Below are positions 45,814-53,413 of a stretch of 64,000 nt of DNA, in pieces; the stretch's first letter is position 1, and each line of letters opens with the position of its first letter. Origin of the DNA: an uncultured Clostridium sp. (GTDB lineage Bacteria > Bacillota_I > Bacilli_A > RF39 > UBA660); contig CAZPSA010000001.1 of assembly GCA_964589375.1 (NCBI GenBank), forward strand, positions 1,410-65,409, given 5' to 3'. Position numbers and translations under genes: made by a program. Under the pieces are notes generated by a model that was not told where the DNA came from, did not search any database, and saw only the letters and a list, made by a program, of their open reading frames with translations.

Positions 45814-46298
45814 ATACCCTCCTTTTCAATTCTTAGTAACTTTAATTTTAATAATAATTCATGTTCATCACAATATATGCCTAAGGATTGTTTTAATCCA
45901 CCAGCAATGAATTGATCAACATAAAATGTTTGATTGTCAACACCTCTTTTATTTGGATCCGGAATCGTTTTTAATCTAATATCAGTAATTAATCCAATGC
46001 AACCATAATATTTCTTAGAGTTTACATATTTTGATAAGCAGTCCATAAAACCTGATTCCCACATTGTTCCATTATCAAGCGAAATTCTACACAAAAATAC
46101 ATTACACTTCAACAATTCTTCAATATCACAATTATAGATTTTTTCTGAAGTTATATCACCTCTTGTTTTATCATTTATTGAATCATTATCATTTGGACAA
46201 TAGACTTCAAACCCCTCGGATAAAAATAAATCTCTTAGATAATGATTATAATTAATATCATTTGTACAAAACATGGGTCCTCCAATATAAATTTTCAT
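45810..46298 (-). CDS. Nucleoside 2-deoxyribosyltransferase family protein
   Basis: MKIYIGGPMF starts the protein, and DNGTMWESGF carries the catalytic Glu context. The SD GGGAGGA precedes the ATG at 46298. Confidence 0.75.
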   Translation of the reverse strand: MKIYIGGPMFCTNDINYNHYLRDLFLSEGFEVYCPNDNDSINDKTRGDITSEKIYNCDIEELLKCNVFLCRISLDNGTMWESGFMDCLSKYVNSKKYYGCIGLITDIRLKTIPDPNKRGVDNQTFYVDQFIAGGLKQSLGIYCDEHELLLKLKLLRIEKEGI

Positions 46299-46322
46299 AT
46301 ATCCTCCCAAAAATTTAAATTT

Positions 46323-47615
46323 TTAAAAAATTCTCTTACCTTTTACATATTTAGCCAAAATATTTTCATTAGTAGATAGATAAATTAACCGTTGCAATCT
46401 TTCTTCTATACTTAAATCACTAAAATATTTTAAACTACTATCATCTAATACTAAAGCATCAAATTCATAATTTTCTTCAAAACTTCCCACATTATTTGAG
46501 AAAAATTTTCCCCCACCTTTAGTTGCAATATAAAACGCTTCATTAAAAGAAAGAGGTTTGTAATTTGAATCCACATATTTATAATACATTTTAGAAGTTT
46601 GAATCGCACTAACAATTGCTTGAAACATAGATAATGAATGACCCCCACAAATATCAGTACCCAATCCCACATTTATATCTAAGGATAAGTACTTTTTTAT
46701 TGGTGCTAATCCAGATGTTAAATTAATATTAGAAGATGGACAATGAGCAATAAAAACTTTATTGTTTTTCAACAACTCAATTTCTTTGCTCGGTGAATAA
46801 ACACAATGAGCCATAATTATCTTCTTTGTATCCGAATTCATAGTATTATCATCCAAAATTCCGGTTTTTTTAAATATTTCCCCAATGCAACAACTATAAT
46901 CATGAATAGTCCTGACAGCTTTTATTTCACTCAATGTCTCAGACATATGAGATTGTAGTGGTAGTTTATATGTTTTGTATAGTTCTCCTATTTGAAAAAT
47001 CATTTTTTTTGTACACGAGGGAATAAAACGAGGTGTTATTATAGGAAAAGTTCTAGAAAACTTATGTAAATTGTTTTCAATCCATTTTCTTGTATCAAAT
47101 AAAACACATTCTGTGTCATCACCATCATAATTAACATAAGAATCGTTATCCATATTTACCAAACCTACATAGCTAACAATACCACTATCTTCCATTTGTT
47201 TCATTAACAATTCAGTTGCTTCTATATGTGCAGTAGCAAAAATAACTGCTCTCGTAGTAGCACTTTTCTTTAATTCATCCACGAATAAAGAATATACTTT
47301 TTTAGCATATTCAATATCTTTAAATTTACTTTCTTCATTATATATATATTTTGAAAGCCATTCCAACAATTCACAATCTAGATTAATTCCCCTATTATTA
47401 TATTGTGATGCATGTAAATGGAGATCAATCATACCAGGAATTATTATTTTGTCATTATAATCAATAATTTCATAATTTTGATATTCAATTGGGATCCGAG
47501 AAAATACTCCCTTGCATATTCCTTCTTGACAGACCACATAATTATTTTGAAAAATTGATAAATTTTTTTTCCCTGTTGAAAAACAAATATTACCTTTAAG
47601 AATAAAATTGTTCAT
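46323..47615 (-). CDS. Guanine-deaminase-type amidohydrolase
   Basis: Motifs are PGMIDLHLHASQY (HxH), QSHMSETLSE, MAHCVYS, AHCPSSNINLTSG and GLGTDICGG. Confidence 0.8.
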   Translation of the reverse strand: MNNFILKGNICFSTGKKNLSIFQNNYVVCQEGICKGVFSRIPIEYQNYEIIDYNDKIIIPGMIDLHLHASQYNNRGINLDCELLEWLSKYIYNEESKFKDIEYAKKVYSLFVDELKKSATTRAVIFATAHIEATELLMKQMEDSGIVSYVGLVNMDNDSYVNYDGDDTECVLFDTRKWIENNLHKFSRTFPIITPRFIPSCTKKMIFQIGELYKTYKLPLQSHMSETLSEIKAVRTIHDYSCCIGEIFKKTGILDDNTMNSDTKKIIMAHCVYSPSKEIELLKNNKVFIAHCPSSNINLTSGLAPIKKYLSLDINVGLGTDICGGHSLSMFQAIVSAIQTSKMYYKYVDSNYKPLSFNEAFYIATKGGGKFFSNNVGSFEENYEFDALVLDDSSLKYFSDLSIEERLQRLIYLSTNENILAKYVKGKRIF

Positions 47616-47759
47616 ATGACACCTTATAGTTCTAATATTTTTTAACCAAAATATTTATTGTAAAAATTAGTATTATAAATATTATTTTAAATAATCTTAA
47701 TTAATTAAGCAACATTTAGTATTTTTGAATATTTTATGACTTTAATAAAACATCTTACA

Positions 47760-48833
47760 TTATTTATAAATAAGATCTAAAGATTCAAATCTAATATTGT
47801 TTATAATTGTTCGACATTCTGGATAACCAGTACAACCAACAAACCACTTTTCGTTATCATTATTAAAACGTATTGCTAACAAATTATTACATTCAGGACA
47901 TGTGTAATACATTTGTTCAACATAATCAGCCCTATGTACATTCTTGCTAAAAGTTAACCATATAACTTTTTTTGCTCCATTACTATATAAAACTCTTGTA
48001 ATAGTACATAATGTCGCACTTGAAGTCAACACGTCATCCACTAATAAAATAATCTTATTGTTTATATTTATATTTGCATTTATACTAAAGCAATCCTTCA
48101 TTATCGCCATCTTCTTATCATAGCTCAATCCTTTTGTTTCCTTATAATCTTTTTGTAATATGACAGGATTAGTATTACATAATTTTTCAAATCTATCTTT
48201 TTTATTTTTTCTACATGGAACATATGCGACTAAATCATAACTGAATAAGCCAAGAGATATAAAGTAATCCAAGCAATTTTTATAAAACATTTTAGTTTTG
48301 TCATCAGCATATTTACATTTAATGATTTTTGATGAATAAATGTTTAAATTATCATTTGAATAATCTTTAGGAAAATATCTACCTATTGAATAATGATCAA
48401 CTGTTTCAATACAAAAATTATCATTTTCAAATAAAATATTATATATTTCAGTAGTTTTTATATAAGAAGTTTCTTTATTTGAAGGAATAATATAATTATT
48501 ATAAACATATGACTCGCCATAAAGTGAAATAATTTTTTTTGATATAAAATCTTCTACAGAACGAACTTTAGCGTCTACTTGTATTTCATCAGATTTCCAG
48601 ACTAAATCATCAGTAATTTTAACCATTATAGGAGAATATAATTTTCCATCAATAGTATATTTAGTGTTATTATTTCCCCTAGTCAAGAAAATAATTTTAT
48701 AAAATAAATATGATTTAGTATATTCTTTATAATCCATATAATCTTTTACTACATCAAAGTTTTTATATTTATTTGTAATATCAATAAACTCTTCAGTTTG
48801 TATTGTGCTTGCATCTAATATTATCCTTTTCAT
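47760..48833 (-). CDS. ComF-type phosphoribosyltransferase with an unknown ~140-aa N-domain and a C-terminal topoisomerase-type C4 zinc ribbon
   Basis: The PRPP loop is KIILLVDDVLTSSATL, and a ComF-like DLVAYVPCRKNKKDRF is present. The C-terminal CPECNNLLAIRFNNDNEKWFVGCTGYPEC is a Zn ribbon. Confidence 0.7.
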   Translation of the reverse strand: MKRIILDASTIQTEEFIDITNKYKNFDVVKDYMDYKEYTKSYLFYKIIFLTRGNNNTKYTIDGKLYSPIMVKITDDLVWKSDEIQVDAKVRSVEDFISKKIISLYGESYVYNNYIIPSNKETSYIKTTEIYNILFENDNFCIETVDHYSIGRYFPKDYSNDNLNIYSSKIIKCKYADDKTKMFYKNCLDYFISLGLFSYDLVAYVPCRKNKKDRFEKLCNTNPVILQKDYKETKGLSYDKKMAIMKDCFSINANININNKIILLVDDVLTSSATLCTITRVLYSNGAKKVIWLTFSKNVHRADYVEQMYYTCPECNNLLAIRFNNDNEKWFVGCTGYPECRTIINNIRFESLDLIYK

Positions 48834-49717
48834 TTTTTATATAACTCCAATATTAATTTTAATAATTCATCATAATTTTCAAATTTATACACTAAATTAT
48901 AATCATTTTTAAATTTTGTTGGCCAACTATTGTTTGGATTGATAAATACATTGTTCGGGACAAATAATGGTCTTCCATTTTTTAAAGTACTTCTTGCTTG
49001 ACTTATTGTCCCGCTTGTATCACTTGCTTCAATTACAATTGTAGCACTAGAAATAGCACTCATGACATAATTTCTTCTAAGGAAATTCCATTTTAGTGTA
49101 TTTTCAAAAAAAGCATATTCTGTAACTAATAATCCATATTTTCCTATATAGTTTTGCAATTCCATATTCTTTTTAGGATAATATTTTCGCAATGGAGTTC
49201 CAATGACTGCTATTAATTTTTTATATCCTTTTTTTGCCACCTCATCATGTGTAATATAGTCCACACCCTCTGCTAAACCCGAAACAATTGTTATATTATT
49301 GTGAGCTAAAAAATTTGCAATTCTTTGAGCATTTCTAACACCAGTTTCACTTGGATGTCTAGTACCAACAACACTAATACTTTTCTCATTTAACAATTCT
49401 CTATTTCCGTTATAGAATAATACAATAGGACATTCATCTACCATAAACACTTGATGTGGAAAATCGTTATCTTTAAAATACATAATTTTACCATTAATAT
49501 TTTCATCAAAAACACTATTTGCATTTTCAATTATTTTTTCATTAACGTTCTCGTATAAATCTTTTATGTCTCTCGACAAAATTAAAGAACACTTTTCGAA
49601 AGATTCATCAATATAATCATAATACTTAAGAAATATATTTCTAGCTTTTGATCTATTAGATTTTACCAATTGCAATATTATAAAATAATTAATTATTCTA
49701 TTTTTTCGTGCTTGCAT
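48830..49717 (-). CDS. DprA/Smf-like Rossmann (SLOG superfamily) protein
   Basis: ISVVGTRHPSETGVRNAQRIANFLAHNNITIVSGLAEGVDYITH...IAVIGTPL..YYPKKN...FLRRNYVMSAISSATIVIEASDTSGT matches DprA motifs. The SD AAAGGAG precedes the start. Confidence 0.8.
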   Translation of the reverse strand: MQARKNRIINYFIILQLVKSNRSKARNIFLKYYDYIDESFEKCSLILSRDIKDLYENVNEKIIENANSVFDENINGKIMYFKDNDFPHQVFMVDECPIVLFYNGNRELLNEKSISVVGTRHPSETGVRNAQRIANFLAHNNITIVSGLAEGVDYITHDEVAKKGYKKLIAVIGTPLRKYYPKKNMELQNYIGKYGLLVTEYAFFENTLKWNFLRRNYVMSAISSATIVIEASDTSGTISQARSTLKNGRPLFVPNNVFINPNNSWPTKFKNDYNLVYKFENYDELLKLILELYKK

Positions 49718-49875
49718 AAAATAACTCCTTTCTTAAGTATATAATATTTTTCAAAGCAAAAAGAAGGTGCCTGCGGAACATAATCCAGACCGGGAGCCAA
49801 ACTATTCATATAAGAGAATTCCCCTATGCTCATCAGCATTAAAGCTTCAGTTATTTTTTTAACTATTGCTTTCAT
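49693..49875 (-). CDS. 60-aa protein with a very strong SD, overlapping the dprA-like start by 25 nt
   Basis: AAGGAGGTG is followed after 6 nt by the ATG at 49875. The peptide begins MKAIVKKITEALMLMSIGEFSYMNSLAPGLDYVPQAPSFCFEKYY... No motif recognised. Confidence 0.45.
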   Translation of the reverse strand: MKAIVKKITEALMLMSIGEFSYMNSLAPGLDYVPQAPSFCFEKYYILKKGVILCKHEKIE

Positions 49876-49965
49876 ATGAACCACCTCCTTTTGACATTGC
49901 ATAATGTCTTATGCATTATAATTATATCATATTTTGTATTTTTTTAAAATATAAATACTTAAATT

Positions 49966-50163
49966 TCATAATAACAGTTTTTCGATAGTAACATTTAATA
50001 CTTCTAATAATTTTCCTATTTTATTTAAATTATGCAAACATATATCAGCTTCCCATTTATATATAGTTTGTCTGCTAACTCCTATTAACTCAGCTAATTC
50101 TTCTTGACTAATTTTTTTGCTTTTTCTAATTGTTTCTAAATTAGTACTAAAATTAATTTTCAT
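49966..50163 (-). CDS. Xre-family helix-turn-helix regulator (ImmR/CapH-like)
   Basis: LETIRKSKKISQEELAELIGVSRQTIYKWEAD is a classic Xre HTH. It overlaps the upstream peptidase gene by 11 nt. Confidence 0.8.
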   Translation of the reverse strand: MKINFSTNLETIRKSKKISQEELAELIGVSRQTIYKWEADICLHNLNKIGKLLEVLNVTIEKLLL

Positions 50164-50638
50164 ATAAATACTTTTTTATATACTCTTCCACAAGTCTTTG
50201 AAATTTTTTATCTTCATACTTGAAAAATATATTATATCTTATTAAATAAAACTGACTAAAAGCAAAAGCGTCAAGTTCAATTGCTTGCAATGAATAATCA
50301 TTATATTCATTTGAATTTACGTCAATATTAGCCGAAGATTTAGCCTGTGCTAGTTCTTCTTTCCATATTCTAGCAAGTTTGTCATTCATTAGATTAGCGT
50401 AGTATATTTGAAATATGTGCCTCATTTCATGAGTAATACATTTAGCTGATTCAATAAAGTTATTTTCATATTTAATATTTATTACAATTTTAGGAATAGA
50501 TTTTAGTAGTAATCTACTATCATCTACTTCTAAATTTTCGTATTCTATTGGTATTAAATCAATACCTAAGTAGTCTGCTACTTCTTCTGATAATTTTATT
50601 AATTTGTGTTTTATATCTATCATTATTACTTCCTTCAT
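50153..50638 (-). CDS. ImmA/IrrE-family zinc metallopeptidase (CapP-like)
   Basis: CITHEMRHIFQ is the HExxH motif, with a downstream E...DAFAF segment (LQAIELDAFAFSQFY). Confidence 0.75.
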   Translation of the reverse strand: MKEVIMIDIKHKLIKLSEEVADYLGIDLIPIEYENLEVDDSRLLLKSIPKIVINIKYENNFIESAKCITHEMRHIFQIYYANLMNDKLARIWKEELAQAKSSANIDVNSNEYNDYSLQAIELDAFAFSQFYLIRYNIFFKYEDKKFQRLVEEYIKKYLYEN

Positions 50639-50656
50639 TTAATATTTTATAAAGTC

Positions 50657-50665
50657 ATTATATCA
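50657..50665 (-). promoter_or_regulatory. Extended -10 promoter element (TGATATAAT) for the peptidase/HTH-led operon
   Basis: The minus strand reads TGATATAAT, with a weak -35 (TGGAAT) 17 nt upstream. The ATG is ~20 nt downstream. AT-rich DNA makes chance matches common. Confidence 0.35.
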
Positions 50666-50685
50666 TAAACAAAAATGTTATTCCA

Positions 50686-50723
50686 TTAAAAAATAAGAAG
50701 AGACTTACCAAATATCTCTTCTT
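50686..50723 (-). terminator. Rho-independent terminator insulating the operon from upstream transcription
   Basis: The minus strand reads AAGAAGAGA-(11-nt loop)-TCTCTTCTT followed by ATTTTTTAAT. Confidence 0.5.
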
Positions 50724-51040
50724 ACTTAGTTTATTTTTATAAGGTTTTTATGTTCGACGCACTGAGGTTAAGACTAATTATGACCTTTATACTGTCTTTC
50801 CACACTCTATGTCTATAGCCATCTTCAGTTATTATAAACGTAGAATACCTGCATTTATGCCTAAAATGTCCTATTTTTATGGTGTTTTCCTCTATTTTTG
50901 GTATGTAAGTTACATACTCCTCACATGTGTCATTACGACAAAAAGTGAATTTTTATGAGTTTATAAAACAAAAAGTGTTAAATGTTACTTACAGTATTCA
51001 TAACCTAATATTAATATTTGAATAAAAGACTATTTATTAT

Positions 51041-51430
51041 TTATAATTCTATGTTATATTCTTTACATTTTTCTATTGATAAATCATGATCTTGTAGAGC
51101 TGATTTTTTATACCAATATTTTGCTTTTTCTAAATCCTTTTCTCCACAAAGACCTTCTTCATAAATCCAAGCTAAGTTACATTGTCCATCTCTATCTCCA
51201 TGTTCAGCAGAACGAGTTGTCCAATATAGTGCTTTTCTTAAGTCCTTTTCTGTTCCAATACCTTCAAGATATGCAAATCCAACTTGACATTCAGCTAACG
51301 CATATGATGTTTCTTCAGCAATAACTAGATATCCTTCAAACCATTTCTTCATATCTTTTTCCCAGTATTGATCTAAATCCAAACATCTATCTAATTCTTT
51401 ACATGGTTTATAATAACTACTTGCCATCAT
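51041..51430 (-). CDS. Sel1-like repeat (SLR) protein
   Basis: The repeats GFAYLEGIGTEKDLRKALYWTTRSAEHGD and NLAWIYEEGLCGEKDLEKAKYWYKKSA fit Sel1. Confidence 0.75.
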   Translation of the reverse strand: MMASSYYKPCKELDRCLDLDQYWEKDMKKWFEGYLVIAEETSYALAECQVGFAYLEGIGTEKDLRKALYWTTRSAEHGDRDGQCNLAWIYEEGLCGEKDLEKAKYWYKKSALQDHDLSIEKCKEYNIEL

Positions 51431-51846
51431 TATTTCTCCTCGTTAAATGCATTAGCCCAATAAAAAGGACTTAATTCTTCTAATGTTTTAAAAATTATTT
51501 CATTGTTTGGATTTGTTACTGCAACCTTAACATCTTTCCCCCAATAATATAATCTTTCTTGACATATACCACAAGCGGTAAGTATAGCAGGCATCTCATT
51601 TTCATTTTGTCTAGACATACACAACGAATGAGTGATATGTAAATTAAACTTTTGTGCTTCACACATCGCTCCAGTTTCCATACATAATTCAGCAGAAGCG
51701 TTAGGAGATTCTAAATATACACTAATTAAATATTCTCCTTCTTTAGTGTACATTATTGCACAACCACCCCATCCTGTTGGATATCTATGGTTTATAAAAA
51801 CTAATGCTTTATCATACATTTCTTGCCCAATTTTTATATCATCCAT
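51430..51846 (-). CDS. Cytidine/blasticidin-S-deaminase-like zinc deaminase
   Basis: ELCMETGAMCEA is a C-x-E motif and LTACGICQERL is a CxxC motif. The small ~138-aa size resembles homotetrameric CDA/BSD enzymes. Confidence 0.55.
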   Translation of the reverse strand: MDDIKIGQEMYDKALVFINHRYPTGWGGCAIMYTKEGEYLISVYLESPNASAELCMETGAMCEAQKFNLHITHSLCMSRQNENEMPAILTACGICQERLYYWGKDVKVAVTNPNNEIIFKTLEELSPFYWANAFNEEK

Positions 51847-51851
51847 AAATA

Positions 51852-52793
51852 TTAAATCTCCTTTACTATGTCTTTCACATTTTCATGAGTGCATTTATCT
51901 AAAAACTCATTAGTATCCATCCATTGAACAGATATCATTCTTTCTTCTTTAGGAATAGGATTTCCCTCTTCTTTTACATTAAAAAGAAATGGAACAATGG
52001 TTTTCCTAATTAATTTATTAGAAGGAGTTAAAAACTCATAAGAATACGATGTTAATTCTTTAACCAAATCATCTTTAGTAATAACAATATTTGTTTCTTC
52101 ATAACATTCTCTAATAGCTGTTTCAATTATTGATTCATTTTCTTCTTTATGACCTTTAGGCAATGATACTGTTTCTTTCCCATAAATCATTTCATTTGTC
52201 GAAAGAATTTTTCCATTACACATTACTACTGCCATTGCACTTAATTCGATTTTAGCTTTAGTAGGATTTATGAACTCTTCAATCATTGTTTTTAATTCAT
52301 CTACTTCTAAAATTGAATCTTTTAATTTTAAGTTATAGTTGTGTCTTTCAACACCTAGCACATGATTAGTGTATCTAGTGCTTTCAAACCATTTTTCAAA
52401 ACAAGGTATGAAATCAGGGGATTTTTTTGAATCACCATAAATCCCTATGATAAATAATCTTTTAACAAGATTTTCACATTTATCTTCGTTGTTCATAAAG
52501 TAATCTTGACATCTTTCATTTAAAACAAAATACAATGACGAAGGATTTCCACAATACATTGGAACAATAAAAACAACTTTTTGATAGTTAGGAATGTCAT
52601 CTAAAAGATTATAAATATCATCATTTCGATATTTACAACAATTATCAAAACATTCATAATCGCAATTACTGCAACTATTAACATTTAAATCTCTAAAATA
52701 TATAATTTTATCTTCCTCTTTTGCTAGATGTCTTGCAATTTCATCACAATTACCATCTTTTCTAGCTGAGAAACTAATTAATAATTTTTTCAT
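51852..52793 (-). CDS. Fusion of a flavodoxin-like (Cys-rich, iron-sulfur flavoprotein-like) domain and a NUDIX hydrolase
   Basis: The N-terminus MKKLLISFSARKDGNCDEI...CSNCDYEC...VFIVPMYCGN is flavodoxin-like. The Nudix box is PKGHKEENESIIETAIRECYEETNIV. Confidence 0.65.
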   Translation of the reverse strand: MKKLLISFSARKDGNCDEIARHLAKEEDKIIYFRDLNVNSCSNCDYECFDNCCKYRNDDIYNLLDDIPNYQKVVFIVPMYCGNPSSLYFVLNERCQDYFMNNEDKCENLVKRLFIIGIYGDSKKSPDFIPCFEKWFESTRYTNHVLGVERHNYNLKLKDSILEVDELKTMIEEFINPTKAKIELSAMAVVMCNGKILSTNEMIYGKETVSLPKGHKEENESIIETAIRECYEETNIVITKDDLVKELTSYSYEFLTPSNKLIRKTIVPFLFNVKEEGNPIPKEERMISVQWMDTNEFLDKCTHENVKDIVKEI

Positions 52794-52816
52794 ATTGTAC
52801 TCCTTGCTCGTTAGGG

Positions 52817-53260
52817 TTATTGTCTATTTAGTACTACCAAAATCTTATTATAATCATTCCATAATCTTTCATCATTTCTAATGTCATAATATTTCTTAAG
52901 AACAATATTATCAAAGATATCATTATATATGGCACCATCTCCAATATAAATATCATCATAAGACCTTATAATCCAATTCAATTGCTTAAATGTTATGTCT
53001 ATCACGAATCCATCAACAACGAGCCATTCATGATTAAATTTGTTTTCTGGAACGCCATCATCATAAAATCCATTATACCTTTCTACACGAAAATCATAAT
53101 TTTTTTTAAGATAATACCAAAGTAAATCACAAGCATCGTCACAACAACCTATTGGAAAGTTTGACATTCTATCCTTTCTCTCAAACAATCCACTAAACTT
53201 TACTTCTATTATTGAATTATAAAATTTATTTACAATTGAATATAGTTCATTAAATTTCAT
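52817..53260 (-). CDS. Hypothetical protein with a possible papain/transglutaminase-like Cys-His-Asp core
   Basis: GCCDDACDLLWYYL, NHEWLVVDGFVIDIT are spaced like a Cys...His...Asp catalytic arrangement. The SD GGAAGGA precedes the ATG at 53260. Assignment is weak. Confidence 0.35.
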   Translation of the reverse strand: MKFNELYSIVNKFYNSIIEVKFSGLFERKDRMSNFPIGCCDDACDLLWYYLKKNYDFRVERYNGFYDDGVPENKFNHEWLVVDGFVIDITFKQLNWIIRSYDDIYIGDGAIYNDIFDNIVLKKYYDIRNDERLWNDYNKILVVLNRQ

Positions 53261-53371
53261 ACAAAATCCTTCCAATATTATGTCTTACTTTTTTCATTTT
53301 TGTCATCAATAATTATAACATTTTTCATATTATTAATCTAATATTTTAAATAATAAAAATATTTTATTTTG

Positions 53372-53407
53372 TAAAAAAAGGCAAGAACAATTATAGTTCA
53401 ATGCCTT
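53372..53407 (-). terminator. Rho-independent terminator after the rRNA methyltransferase gene
   Basis: The minus strand reads AAGGCATTGAAC-TATAATT-GTTCTTGCCTT (one bulge) followed by TTTTTTT. Confidence 0.6.
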
Positions 53408-53413
53408 GTATTT

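Noticed and set aside
46451-46672. Minus-strand 73-aa ORF inside the deaminase gene
   Set aside because: It is out of frame within a well-supported 430-aa amidohydrolase gene.
47760-49717. Reading the DprA-like and ComF-like genes as the host's natural-competence genes
   Set aside because: The domain architecture is atypical (no ComFC N-terminal Cys finger, an added Zn ribbon, an extra N-domain). The genes are translationally coupled in an ImmA/Xre-led accessory operon. This cannot be fully excluded without the rest of the genome.
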